Source: an uncultured Chromatiales bacterium
GTDB taxonomy: Bacteria > Pseudomonadota > Gammaproteobacteria > SZUA-140
Assembly: GCA_964437335.1 (NCBI GenBank)
Contig: CAYTGL010000011.1
Span: 6,990 to 70,989 of the forward strand
Direction of reading: 5' to 3'
Length of the DNA: 64,000 bases
The first letter of the stretch is position 1, and each line of letters opens with the position of its first letter. A program made the position numbers and the translations under genes. The notes beneath the pieces are model-generated. The model saw nothing but the letters and a program-made list of their open reading frames with translations, made no database searches and was not told the origin of the DNA. Shown piece by piece: positions 29,708 to 39,981 of this stretch.

Positions 29708-30081
29708 GAGTCGTCCTCCGAACGTGGGGCGATGGTTCTATTGGCTGAAGTTGCTCAATTCAAACCAAGAACGCAAAAGTCCGCCACCTTGGGTGTGGCC
29801 GTGGGGGTTGCGGTGTGACTTGCGGCTATTCGGCTGGTGTGGAAGACCCACCTGCCCAACACCGGGGGGTGCTCGTTGCGCCCCGTTTCCTCTATGCCAG
29901 AACTCCCTACGCCTCGCTGGGAGCGATCTGCCAGATGTTGGCGTCTTCGGCATTGGCGTGACGATGCGTCGTGGTGTGGCCCTTGCTATTGCAGACAAAA
30001 GTGCTGCAAGACACGAGAGGTGATAAAGTCCTGCATCACATCACGGAGTTGACCGCTGAGGAAATCTTGGCGGTGGTGGAT

Positions 30082-31425
30082 TTATTGGCCAATCGGTCGA
30101 TTCTTAAGGAGGAATAGTTTTTGCTTCCAATACTTGAATAAGTCAGTTGTGCTCGGATCAGGAAGAGGGAGTTTCTTTCGGGATGCTACTGGAAACCCCT
30201 TTGCCACGTCAGCAATTAATCGCCTCCGAAGTTGTTCGGGTAGTGATTGGAATATGCCTCTGACCAATTCGATCTCATTGTTCTCGACCAATACGTCGAG
30301 ATGTTTAATAAGCAAGTTGTTTCGGCCTCTCTCCATCATAAGGCGAGCAGCCGTAACGAAAGCGCCGACTAATGCTGATGGAGGTTTGTTTGGACCAACA
30401 GGATCAAGGGGCTGTAATTTCCGATATTTCTTGAAGCGTGACATAAGTCCGTGCATATCGTCGTCCACGCTTGCGAAGTCTCGCTCTTCTTGGACCTCCC
30501 GCACTTCTTCTATAGAGCTATCTTTAACATCGGATTTGAGATAGGTTCGTGCAAATTCTAAGAAGCGTTGGCCGTGGTATAATAAGAAGTCTGACTTTGA
30601 TGTCTTCGCAACGTCACCCACCATTTGCCATGCGGGGCCAATTGTTCTCTGGCCGACCTTCCACCACCAATCATCGTTCTTAGTTTCATTGGTGACAAGT
30701 ATTATCGGCTGTCCATTCAAGGTTGCCGCCTGATTCAAAGTCTGTTTCCATAGCAGCCAATCGCCATGTTTTTCGTCGTGCGGTTTGCCTTGGTCTTGGG
30801 TTCCGGGTGGAATACCTTTGTCGATACGCTTTTTTCCTTCATCGAGCATTGTAGTTCGCTCGTCCTCAGACGGCTCCTTGCCAATCTTGCCATCGAATAA
30901 GCTACACACCTGAGCAAAGACCTCATCCTTACAGGGATCGGTGGTCAAGGCGGTCTTGGTTTCCTCCAGTTTTTGCAACTGTTGCTTAGCAGTATCCTTT
31001 AGCGGCTCTGTAATATCTTCAATCTGGATCAGTGGGTGCCGACGCTTGTCGATTAGTTGCCAGAGTGTGTTGTGGAAATTGTCGCATTCAGTTAGAAGTT
31101 TGTCCGTATATGTTTTGAAAAGTTTGTGTTGATCTAACAGAACGCCGACTCGGTTCTTTGCGAACTCGTAGGCGACTTGATGGGGAATCCAAAGGTGCTT
31201 CTTGAGCGACTCCAGAATGCCAAGAACATCGTGTCGGGTTTCAGGTGAGTAACGATACAAATCAAGAAGGAAGCTGGTGTCAAAAACGAAAAGTGCTTCC
31301 TTCCAGATTTCCGCCTTTCGCTCATCGGGGACCGGCATGAACTGCGGAAAAAGTTTGTCGAGCATTGCAACCCCGTCGAAGTTAATTGGCATGGTCACGT
31401 TTTTGCGAGCGGACCTCGCATACAA
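30082..31425 (-). CDS. PIN-like domain protein (DUF4935-like)
   Basis: N-terminal ALFVFDTSFLLDLYRY motif typical of PIN-like DUF4935; true start may be the internal Met MPINFDG or MLDKLF. Confidence 0.55.
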   Translation of the reverse strand: MYARSARKNVTMPINFDGVAMLDKLFPQFMPVPDERKAEIWKEALFVFDTSFLLDLYRYSPETRHDVLGILESLKKHLWIPHQVAYEFAKNRVGVLLDQHKLFKTYTDKLLTECDNFHNTLWQLIDKRRHPLIQIEDITEPLKDTAKQQLQKLEETKTALTTDPCKDEVFAQVCSLFDGKIGKEPSEDERTTMLDEGKKRIDKGIPPGTQDQGKPHDEKHGDWLLWKQTLNQAATLNGQPIILVTNETKNDDWWWKVGQRTIGPAWQMVGDVAKTSKSDFLLYHGQRFLEFARTYLKSDVKDSSIEEVREVQEERDFASVDDDMHGLMSRFKKYRKLQPLDPVGPNKPPSALVGAFVTAARLMMERGRNNLLIKHLDVLVENNEIELVRGIFQSLPEQLRRRLIADVAKGFPVASRKKLPLPDPSTTDLFKYWKQKLFLLKNRPIGQ

Positions 31426-31607
31426 AATAGCACGCCACGGTCGATTCGTACGACCAACTCCACCGCCCGAAGTAATTCGTTATGGTTATAACGTGCCTTC
31501 CATCAAGGGACCAGTTGACCAATCGGCAAATGGGTTCTCGTCCAACGGCACCGCAGGCAGTGCCCCCGCTTTGATTTTGGCGTTCAGCTTCTGGGATAGT
31601 CGGAGAA

Positions 31608-32660
31608 TCATCGTCGGCGAGCACTCCACGCAGCCATCGAACGGACCCTGCTGTCACTTACGGCAAACTCTCTTCGATTCAGAACCTTGCCAGCCAAGCT
31701 CTTGATCTCAGCCACCATTTTGCCACCACGTGAGATGGTCAGCAGGATGTAGGTGTCTTCGGCAGCGAGGAATTTCGAGTGCGGGTCAGGATACTGGCTA
31801 CCCTTGCCGCTGAGCGAAGTGTTGTAATACGCCAGCCCGTCCACCTCCGCCAACTCGGCAAAATAGCCGAAGCCTGTAATGCAACAGGTGCCTCGACGAA
31901 ACAGCTCGTGCCATTGTTTCTGAGCCTGATTGCGAATGCTGGAATTCCGCTCGTTGTACAGCGTGACGACCGAGCCAGGCATGAGCTGCTCATACCAGCG
32001 GAATTGCTCGGAATCCTCGCCAAACGGATGGCAGGTCTGCCAGGTGGTTCCCAAGTCGGAAATGTGGTTGAAATCCAGGGCGATGAACCGCAGATCGAAC
32101 TCAGGCACATCAAAGTGCCATTTCCATTCGTCCCCAGGCAGTTCAAAGAAGCGACGGAAGGCGGTTGCCTCGATATCGTAAACCGGCTCGGCTGGCGGTT
32201 TGCTTCCCCGACGCCGCACTTCTCGGTCGTGGTTACCCAAGACAGGCATGAAGGGCGTCGAGCGGAATAACGCCGGATACGCATCGATCAGCTTCGCATA
32301 CGGCTCAATGCAATCGATGTTGCCCTCGCCGCACGTTTGCCAAATGCTGGCAATGTTGTCGCCTGCCGTCAGTAGCAGGTGAACGTCTTCTTTCAAAAGC
32401 GCCGACAAGTCAGGCTTGCCCTGCCAATCGGCGACGACAGCCACCTGCAGATCGTTGGTGGGATAAGCCTTGAATGTTGCATCCACTGACCGCTGGGTGC
32501 CGGTGCTGACCGAGTAATGGTAAGTGGCGTCTCGATGCTTCAGTGGAATTTCAACGTGGTGCAGCGTTGTGCTTTCTTCGATCCGCACCGTTTCGCCGTA
32601 ATCTGCGGTCAAGCCAAAGCTCACCACGGAGTCACCCGGCTTGTCGGTCATCCAGTTCAC
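31608..32660 (-). CDS. Calcineurin-like metallophosphoesterase
   Basis: Motifs [23 protein letters not shown] (metallophosphoesterase motifs I-III). Confidence 0.7.
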   Translation of the reverse strand: MNWMTDKPGDSVVSFGLTADYGETVRIEESTTLHHVEIPLKHRDATYHYSVSTGTQRSVDATFKAYPTNDLQVAVVADWQGKPDLSALLKEDVHLLLTAGDNIASIWQTCGEGNIDCIEPYAKLIDAYPALFRSTPFMPVLGNHDREVRRRGSKPPAEPVYDIEATAFRRFFELPGDEWKWHFDVPEFDLRFIALDFNHISDLGTTWQTCHPFGEDSEQFRWYEQLMPGSVVTLYNERNSSIRNQAQKQWHELFRRGTCCITGFGYFAELAEVDGLAYYNTSLSGKGSQYPDPHSKFLAAEDTYILLTISRGGKMVAEIKSLAGKVLNRREFAVSDSRVRSMAAWSARRR

Positions 32661-33114
32661 GACGATTTTGCTGGGATCGTTAGACTTGTGCGTCAGCTAA
32701 ATCCGCTGGATGTTCGCAGCTTCGGCAGCGGAGGCGAGCGAGATGGCAAGAAGGAATAGGAAGCACTTCAAAGGCAATCCTCGATTTTGGGGCGTTGCAT
32801 GATCGCACAGCGGTGATTGGACCATCGAATTATGACGACTTTCCAGTCGCATTTGACCCCTGACTCATTTTTATCCGATGCCGGCCCATTTTGCCCATTG
32901 AATACAACAGCGTTCGAATCGGCGAAATTCCACGTTACGAGTATCCTTCACATGGCCGCCCACGGACTTGTTGATCGATACGTGGATGACCTGCTCAACC
33001 CGTTTGATTCAATGGTGGTACTGCGGTAGATTCCTTCCAGTGGAGAGACGGTTGACGTGCGGCATTCGTTTGCCAGCGGCGTCCCTTCAAGCAATCAATC
33101 TGGAAACCGCACCA

Positions 33115-33312
33115 ATGGCCGAAGGCACAATTAAGAGGTTAACCGACAAGGGGTTTGGATTCATCAATACAGGTGGTGCAAAAGACCTCTTCTTCCACTC
33201 GTCGAATGTCGAGGGAACGACGTTCGAGCAACTGCGTGAAGGCCAGAAGGTTTCTTATACCGAAGCCCGCAGCGACAAAGGGCCATGTGCTGAGAACGTC
33301 AAGCCGGTGTAG
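33115..33312 (+). CDS. csp: Cold-shock protein (CspA family)
   Basis: MAEGTIKRLTDKGFGFINTGGAKDLFFHSS... with RNP-1-like KGFGFI; 65 aa; ORF-track start 32968 is upstream and out of family range. Confidence 0.9.
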   Translation: MAEGTIKRLTDKGFGFINTGGAKDLFFHSSNVEGTTFEQLREGQKVSYTEARSDKGPCAENVKPV

Positions 33313-33469
33313 CTCCGCTGCCTGACTGACTATGCCCGAGGCTTCACCTGCACACCTCCGCAGTAAGGCAGCGCAGTCGCAATGAATCTTAAGAGCAGCG
33401 AAGTGCCCAGCTAGTCCTGTTCTGCCCAGCGTGCAAGAAGTGCGGCATGGAGCCTGATACACACCCAGA

Positions 33470-34420
33470 TCAATCGAGAAACGCCACCGAAGCCATTGCC
33501 CTCGACTGGCTTTCGGTGTTCATCGCCACTCGATGCCAACCATCCAGATGAATCGTGGCGTGGTCGGCATGCGAAACGGCTCCCCGAACGAACACGGTTG
33601 GGTCACGCTGCATCGTCTGCCAATTCCACTTGGATGCAGTAGAGTTCTGCTTCAACAGGGCCTTGTACTCTGTCTCCGTCAGTCCATTCGGGTACTGTCG
33701 GGAAACGTAAACGGTGGTTCCGCCCATCCGATACAACCGTTCGCACGTGTGCGGCTTGCCCCTCCCTCGGCGTAGCGGCTCATTGTGAAGGACCATCTTC
33801 TCGTCGGCCACGACACCGGGAGCCGGTACAAAGAACCATTCACCTTGGCGAATGAATGTGTCGGTCTTGCGGCGGTGGCGCTTCTTCCGCTTGCCCTTTT
33901 TCCCGCTTTCCAGGCTGCGAACGAACTCGGGTTTGAGGGCTTCCTTGGCAGTGACGACGCTGCTGACGGCAGCACGCTCAGGCACTCCGGCGACGAACCA
34001 ATGTCGTTCGTCGTGCCCGCAGAGGAACTTGTCCTTGATGTCAGGAGCGTGAGGATGTTCGGCAGGCTGCCGAACCATCAAGAGCAAATGGCGATCCTTC
34101 GGCTGCACGTCGAGAACTTCGACCTCGGCGTCATCATTGGCCTGGATGTCGAAGAATTCTCCTCGACGGTCGTGGCCGATGTCGATCACCACGGGACCGG
34201 CAGCGGGCCGCCAGCGGTTCTGCACCAGCGGGCGCACCTTGGCACGAGCGCCGAGCTTCTCGAATTTGTGTTGAATGAGAATTGCGTCCATGCGGTTATG
34301 GACATGAGCAGGGGCAGGGAGGTTCGCTCGAAATTGACTTTGAAACCTGGCGTCCGAAGAATCCCATCGGCGAACCTCTCGTCTCACCCACGTGTCTTTG
34401 ACTGGTTCCAGTCCGGTCAA
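33470..34420 (-). CDS. Hypothetical protein (up to 316 aa; true start may be an internal Met near 34291)
   Basis: Coding-like ORF; the antisense + ORF over the same span looks non-coding; no motif recognised. Confidence 0.5.
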   Translation of the reverse strand: MTGLEPVKDTWVRREVRRWDSSDARFQSQFRANLPAPAHVHNRMDAILIQHKFEKLGARAKVRPLVQNRWRPAAGPVVIDIGHDRRGEFFDIQANDDAEVEVLDVQPKDRHLLLMVRQPAEHPHAPDIKDKFLCGHDERHWFVAGVPERAAVSSVVTAKEALKPEFVRSLESGKKGKRKKRHRRKTDTFIRQGEWFFVPAPGVVADEKMVLHNEPLRRGRGKPHTCERLYRMGGTTVYVSRQYPNGLTETEYKALLKQNSTASKWNWQTMQRDPTVFVRGAVSHADHATIHLDGWHRVAMNTESQSRAMASVAFLD

Positions 34421-34431
34421 AAGGAGACTGC

Positions 34432-35344
34432 CATGTCTGTCGCTCTTCCCAAGCTGCGTGTAGGCGATCCCCTACGCCACGAAGCCCTTATAGTCTTTCC
34501 GCTCTTTTCCGAACAAGATGGTGAGGTTGATTACCGCTTGTCGGATGAAGCCTTGGCCGAGCAGTCTCTCCTGGTCGAAGAAGTTAGCGAAGGCGGTTCC
34601 GTGCCTGACCTCCTGGTGGAGAATAAGGGTGACGTTCGAGTCCTGTTCCTAGAGGGTGAAGAACTTGTGGGGGCAAAGCAAAACCGAATTCTGAATACGT
34701 CAGTTCTGGTGGCCGCCCACACCAAGATCAAGATCCCCGTATCCTGCGTGGAGCAGGGTCGGTGGGGCTACAAATCTCGATACTTCGGGTCGAGTGGCTC
34801 TCATTCTCCCTCGAAGCTGCGTCGGGCGCTCAAGGGGTCGGTGAGCAAGTCAATCAAGGAAGAGCGAGGCTACCGATCCGATCAGGCCGAAGTTTGGAAG
34901 GAAGTCGCCTGCCTGCACGCTGCTCATGCTGTTGATTCTGGAACAGGGGCCATGTCGGACGCTTTCGACACCTACCAGGAGCGCATCGCCTCGTATCGGG
35001 AGCAGCTGAATTACGCCGAAGGGGCTTCTGGTGTTGCCGTGGCCATTGGAGATCGAGTGGTTTCCATTGATCTCTTCGATAAACCGGCGACTTGCCGCAA
35101 GGTTTGGGACCGGCTGCTCTCGGGTGCCGTGTTCGATGCGCTGGAAGCCGGTCAAACCGACAACGTTGCCTCGGCAGCAGATGTGGAACAGCTTTTGGCG
35201 GCTGCTGGCGATCTGTCCTGGGAGCAATCCAAAGCGGTTGGAGAGGGCGTCGAGTACCGGGCCGAGTCCAAGCGAGGCGACCACGCTTCGGCCCTCGCCT
35301 TCGAGGACACATTGGTTCACAGCAGCGTGCTGTCGGCGGGGTAA
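34432..35344 (+). CDS. Hypothetical protein (~304 aa, start MSVALPKLRV after an aaggag RBS)
   Basis: ORF-track 33785..35344 trimmed to the Met at 34432, which is preceded by aaaggagactgcc; the upstream part of that ORF is antisense to the 33470..34420 gene. Confidence 0.55.
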
Positions 35345-35464
35345 TAGGCAGGGCAGGCTTTCGGTCATCGTCTCTCGCCGTCCTTCGGCGTTGCCTCGAC
35401 GAGAAGCGAGGCGAGCGGGCCAGGGCAGGCTGGAGAACGCCATGCTTTGTAACGTATGCTGATC

Positions 35465-35545
35465 CCTGTTGCCGGTCTCACTCTAAGCCAAACTCTCTTC
35501 GATTCCGCACCTTGCCAACCAAGCTCTTGATTTCAGCCCCCATCT
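35465..35545 (-). pseudogene. Remnant of the 3' end of a metallophosphoesterase paralog
   Basis: About 70 bp at ~85% identity to 31660..31730; translates to GGKMGAEIKSLVGKVRNRREFGLE* versus [25 protein letters not shown]... at the C-terminus of the 31608..32660 gene. Confidence 0.6.
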
Positions 35546-35569
35546 TGCCGCCACGTGCAGTTAGTCCTC

Positions 35570-36232
35570 TCACCGCAATTGCTGCGACACGCTTTCAGCC
35601 ACTTGTTTCGCCAGAGCTTTATTTCCTTTTGCATTGAAGTGAACTCCATCCGTGGATTGCCAGTCCGCATGGTCTTTCACCAGTTCGAACAGGTCGTTCG
35701 TCGAAACGCCATTTGCCTTCATGATCTCAGCGGCAAGCTTGTTCCGCACTTTGACCCGATCCGTTCGTTCAGCGAAGGTTTGCAAGTCCGTCTTCTCACG
35801 CACTGGCGTCGTGGTTGCCCAGATTAGGTGGGCACCGTTCGAATGCTCTTTCACGGCGGCAACGGTCTTGGAAAGTCCATCTCGGTATTGCTCTTCCGTA
35901 TAGCCCCAGCCATGCAGACCATTGTTGAAGTGGATTGCAGCGAACTTGTACTGCTTGAGCAGCAGCAGGAGATCGTCATTGAACGTGGGATCGGACACAC
36001 ATTTCGAGGTGGTAAGGCGTGCGCAGTAAGCTTTCCCGACAAGATGTTTTTCGACACCGCCAAAATATCCTCTGGTGATCGAATCTCCCACAAACAGAAC
36101 TCTGGGAAGATCGTCTTTGTCAGCATCCGTGATCCAAACGTCGATCCACTCGATTCGTTCACGTATCGGTTCAGCAGCCGGCAAGGAATGGCACATTGCC
36201 AACAGGGACAACAAAGTGCAGAAATACTTCAC
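35570..36232 (-). CDS. SGNH/GDSL-family hydrolase, secreted
   Basis: Signal peptide MKYFCTLLSLLAMCHSLPAA; GDSL block VLFVGDSITRGY; later G and DGVH blocks. Confidence 0.8.
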   Translation of the reverse strand: MKYFCTLLSLLAMCHSLPAAEPIRERIEWIDVWITDADKDDLPRVLFVGDSITRGYFGGVEKHLVGKAYCARLTTSKCVSDPTFNDDLLLLLKQYKFAAIHFNNGLHGWGYTEEQYRDGLSKTVAAVKEHSNGAHLIWATTTPVREKTDLQTFAERTDRVKVRNKLAAEIMKANGVSTNDLFELVKDHADWQSTDGVHFNAKGNKALAKQVAESVSQQLR

Positions 36233-36377
36233 GGGTGGTTCCCTTCAAGGTAAAGAGGCTGATTATAGCCCGTCGAAGCTTGTTTCACTGGACCCCATTG
36301 AACGGCGGTGAAAGCTCAGGCCCGCCATTCCCTTCAGTGCCCCCGGCACAAGTTCCAGAGCCAACTTTGCTTTACCG

Positions 36378-36971
36378 CTAGCTTGCCTCCGGCTCCCACG
36401 GGTACTCCATGTGCTTCGCCGTCTTTCTGGAGACTTCTTCCCCAAGCAACTTCGCCACGACATGCAAACTCATGTCGATGCCTGCCGCAATTCCCGCCGA
36501 GCAAATCACTGGACCATTGTCCACAACTCGTCGGTCCTCGTGGACAACTGTATTGGGAGCCGTCTGGCGAAGCAGATCGATGGCTCCGTGATGGGTAGTG
36601 GCTTCCAACCCTTCCAACAAGCCCGCTTTGGCGAGCAACAATGCCCCCGTGCAAACCGAAAGCACGAGTTCGGCCTTTTCGGCCACGGCTGCGATCCAGT
36701 CGATCAAGAGCGTGTTGTGCATTTGCACCCTCGATCCCTGCCCACCTGGAACAAGCAAGATGTCGGGGGCAGGGCAATCGTCGAGTGAGTAGTGCGGATT
36801 GACGCTGAGGCCGTTGCGGGCAATCACCGGCCCTAGCTTTTCAGCAACGGTGAAGACGTGAAAGGCCGCCGGTTCCACGAAATGGCTGGCAACTGAGAAA
36901 ACTTCGAATGGGCCACAGAAGTCCAAGACTTCGGCGTCGGGGAAAATCAGGATGGCTAAGTTGCGTGGCAT
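36378..36971 (-). CDS. DJ-1/PfpI (ThiJ) family protein
   Basis: Nucleophile-elbow SVCTGALLLAKAGLL; start taken at the internal Met MPRNLAILIFPD (the ORF track extends to 37034). Confidence 0.75.
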   Translation of the reverse strand: MPRNLAILIFPDAEVLDFCGPFEVFSVASHFVEPAAFHVFTVAEKLGPVIARNGLSVNPHYSLDDCPAPDILLVPGGQGSRVQMHNTLLIDWIAAVAEKAELVLSVCTGALLLAKAGLLEGLEATTHHGAIDLLRQTAPNTVVHEDRRVVDNGPVICSAGIAAGIDMSLHVVAKLLGEEVSRKTAKHMEYPWEPEAS

Positions 36972-37414
36972 TTGTTGCTCGTCTTCAGTTCGTTTGCACT
37001 GGCTTTGAATTTGTCGCCGGCGACAGGTTGCCATCAGTTTCGGCAGTTGCGCTCGAATCTAACCCCCGCTCCCTGCGTAAACATACGGTAACTTCAAGAT
37101 GCGTCTGTGATAACTGCCACTGGTGGTGCGATTTGGTTATTCCCATCGCTCGCCCCCTCCGGGGCGAGCGATCTTGCCTTACTCAGCCCCAACAAAGTTC
37201 CCACCAAGTGCAACCCCACTCACACCAAGCCCAGCGACGTTCCCAGCCAGGTGTAACTTCTACCAACCAAGATGCAACGGGCTTTCCCAAGGGGTTGTAC
37301 CGAGTCGGCCACTTCCAAGCTTTCCACAAGATCAAATCAAACCGACCCATCCCAATCGGCGAAAATCCACGATTCATGTCTTCGGGATCATTCCCCCAAC
37401 GAAGTCCGATCCTA

Positions 37415-37430
37415 GTCAATTTGTACCTTT
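37415..37430 (+). promoter_or_regulatory. Copy 1 of the repeated motif (AGTCAATTTGTACCTTT), ~30 nt upstream of the RuvB-like gene
   Basis: Shares the TTTGTACCTT core with six other sites in 41.5..44.6 kb. Confidence 0.45.
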
Positions 37431-37463
37431 GCGGTCCTTCCACTCCCCCCTCAGGAGACCGCA

Positions 37464-38420
37464 ATGTCGGAACCGAACGATTTTCGCCCCAATGCCCTGA
37501 GCCACCTGGTTGGACAGGAACACGTTCGCCAGGTTGTCAGCACCGCACTCGATTACAGCTTCCAAGAGCAAGTTTCCTTCCCGCACGCTTTGGCACTCGG
37601 TCCACCAGGCGTCGGCAAGACGGCTATGGCCAGGGTGATCTCCCAAGAACTTGCGTCGGGATTCCACGAATGCCTGGCTTCAGCGATCACATCTCCAGCT
37701 GAATTTTTCGCTGTGCTGATGCGTGCCAAGGATCTGGACGTCGTGTTTTTTGACGAACTTCACGTTTTGGACCCGGCCTACCAACACGCACTTCTGATTG
37801 CGACGGACGAAGGAAAGATCTTCTTGCCGAATAGCAATGGCGGTGCCCCTCAAGCAATCAACTTGGCAAAATTTTCCCTCATAGCGGCCACGACAGACGA
37901 ACACAAAGTTATTCGCCCTCTGGTCGATCGGTTCAAGCTCATCTTGCGTTTCTCTTATTACACCAAAGTGGAGTTGGCCGAGATTGTTCGCACCCGAGCC
38001 AAGGGACTTGGCTGGCAGATTAAGAGTGATGTCGCTGATCCGATCGCTGAACGAAGCAAAGGCGTTCCACGCCTGGCAATTCGTCTGTTGCAAAGCTGCT
38101 GGCGTGTATGTCGTGCAGGTGGCGACCACACCATCACCCGCAAACACTTGGAACGAGCGTGCGCTCTGGAACAGATCGACGCCAATGGGCTCGACGCAAC
38201 TGAGCAGCAGTACCTGGTGTTGCTTGCAAACGGCCCGCTGAGATTGAACGTGCTGTCCAGCATCCTCGGTCTTCCCGCCCGAACGGTTTCCCACGTCACC
38301 GAGTCGTTCCTGATCCGCAGCGGCCTGGTTACCAAAGATAAGAACGGCATGCGGATGCTTACTGCCAAAGGAATGGAGCACCTGGGAGCGTCACATTCCG
38401 GTAAGGATGGTGGCAAATGA
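37464..38420 (+). CDS. RuvB-like AAA+ ATPase (divergent Holliday-junction helicase homolog)
   Basis: FRPNALSHLVGQEHVRQVV (RuvB N-terminal pattern), Walker A GPPGVGKTAMAR, Walker B VVFFDELH, sensor and winged-helix-like C-terminus; divergent from canonical RuvB; 4-bp overlap with the next gene. Confidence 0.65.
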   Translation: MSEPNDFRPNALSHLVGQEHVRQVVSTALDYSFQEQVSFPHALALGPPGVGKTAMARVISQELASGFHECLASAITSPAEFFAVLMRAKDLDVVFFDELHVLDPAYQHALLIATDEGKIFLPNSNGGAPQAINLAKFSLIAATTDEHKVIRPLVDRFKLILRFSYYTKVELAEIVRTRAKGLGWQIKSDVADPIAERSKGVPRLAIRLLQSCWRVCRAGGDHTITRKHLERACALEQIDANGLDATEQQYLVLLANGPLRLNVLSSILGLPARTVSHVTESFLIRSGLVTKDKNGMRMLTAKGMEHLGASHSGKDGGK

Positions 38421-38896
38421 CCGACAACAAGCCGTCGCAATCGTATCTATCTTGTACGGACGTCGCTCGTCGCCTGGGCCTGAGTCGCCAGCGTTTCTGG
38501 CAGCTTCGGCGTGATGGCATTTTCCCTCAGCCTTTGGTTGATGAAGAAACAGGGCGGCAGTTCTACACGCAGGAACAACTCGATTTGTGTTTGGATCTGC
38601 GCAAAAGAAACGTCGGCATGAATGGTAGAGTCGTTTTGTTCTATTCAGTTCGGCCAACAGCAACGATGCCCAAGCCCACAAAGAAGAAGCCGTTGTCGAA
38701 GCCGACGACGGGACAGCACCAGGCGATCATCGAATCGTTGAAAGCACTTGGCCTGGTCGGCGTCATCGATGCTCAGGTGGAGACGACGATCAAGCAACTG
38801 TACCCTGCGGGGACAAGCCGCCCAGATCACGGTGAACTTGTGCGGAACATTTTCCTGCACATACAGCGAAACAATTCCAGCAATAACGTCAAGTGA
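38417..38896 (+). CDS. Excisionase/AlpA-like HTH protein
   Basis: LSCTDVARRLGLSRQRFWQLRRDGIFPQP is an HTH_17-type motif; immediately upstream of the tyrosine recombinase. Confidence 0.6.
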   Translation: MTDNKPSQSYLSCTDVARRLGLSRQRFWQLRRDGIFPQPLVDEETGRQFYTQEQLDLCLDLRKRNVGMNGRVVLFYSVRPTATMPKPTKKKPLSKPTTGQHQAIIESLKALGLVGVIDAQVETTIKQLYPAGTSRPDHGELVRNIFLHIQRNNSSNNVK

Positions 38897-38938
38897 TAAT
38901 AGCCATTATCAGCCCAGTTAGAGGGAGAAAGCGTAAAC

Positions 38939-39877
38939 ATGGTGTCACATTCACGTCCCGAAGGCCGCAAGAATTCGGGCGATAATGTTTTCGGCGGTGT
39001 GCCAGTTGGTCAGGAAGAGGCATCTCTCCTCAGCCAGTTTCTGTCGGCGCAGGACTTGGCCGAAAACAGTCGCCGTGCAGTCATCAATGATGTGCGGAAG
39101 TTTACCAGATGGTTTGCCGAGGCAAACCATGAGCCGTTCACAGTCGGCCGTGTCACCACTCGTGACATTGCCGACTTTCGGGATCACCTGCGCCGCAAGC
39201 AGGATCAAGCCGTCGCCACAGTCAACCGTGCCTTGATGTCGATTCGCCGCTACTTTGGCTGGTTGGTTGAGCAGGGTCACCTTCATGCCAATCCCGCAAA
39301 GGCAGTCAAAGAGCTGCGAACCGTGGAACTTTCGCCCAAGGGGATGGATCGTGCGGCGGTGCGACGACTGCTCCGTGAGATCGAGCTTCGGCAGGACGTA
39401 CGGGCCAACGCCATTTTCCACCTGCTGCTCTACACTGGCTGCCGCTGTGGCGATCTCGTGAACCTTGACATGGCCGACCTCCTTGTGAGCGACCGCAGCG
39501 GTTCAGTGGTCTACAGATTCGGTAAAGGCAACAAGCAGCGATCGGTGCCGTTGCCCGTTCCTGCCCGTCGAGCATTAGCGACCTACCTGGAAACTCGGCC
39601 GCCTTCGGAAAGTCAGCGGATCTTCATCGGCGAACGAGGTCCACTCGGCGAGCGGGGAATTCGAGCGTTGTGCGACAAATACTCAGCTCTGATCGGCGTG
39701 AAAATCCACCCACACCTACTGCGGCACACGATGGCCCACGGCTATTTGGATGCCAACCCTGGTGACCTCGTCGGGCTTGCCCAACTACTTGGCCACAGCA
39801 ACTTGAACACGACCGCACGATACACAAAGAAGAGCCAGGAAGAGTTGCGGGCGGCAGCGGAGAAGGTTGAGTATTGA
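38939..39877 (+). CDS. Tyrosine site-specific recombinase (XerC/D-type integrase)
   Basis: Core-binding N-terminal domain plus catalytic box [38 protein letters not shown] (R..H..R..Y). Confidence 0.85.
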   Translation: MVSHSRPEGRKNSGDNVFGGVPVGQEEASLLSQFLSAQDLAENSRRAVINDVRKFTRWFAEANHEPFTVGRVTTRDIADFRDHLRRKQDQAVATVNRALMSIRRYFGWLVEQGHLHANPAKAVKELRTVELSPKGMDRAAVRRLLREIELRQDVRANAIFHLLLYTGCRCGDLVNLDMADLLVSDRSGSVVYRFGKGNKQRSVPLPVPARRALATYLETRPPSESQRIFIGERGPLGERGIRALCDKYSALIGVKIHPHLLRHTMAHGYLDANPGDLVGLAQLLGHSNLNTTARYTKKSQEELRAAAEKVEY

Positions 39878-39981
39878 TCGGAACCTCATGAATTGGGGTT
39901 ATGCGCCTTTTCCGCCGTGTGGTAACACCATGCTCGTTCGAGCCCCCCTTCGTCCTCGGTAGCGACTATTCAACTCCTCGT

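Noticed and set aside
33785-34431. 5' part of ORF-track entry 33785..35344
   Set aside because: This part is antisense to the coding-looking 33470..34420 gene and has poor coding character; the gene is trimmed to the Met at 34432, which has an aaggag RBS.
37123-37500. Pro-rich 125-aa + ORF upstream of the RuvB-like gene
   Set aside because: Low-complexity sequence overlapping the promoter/motif region; no coding signal.
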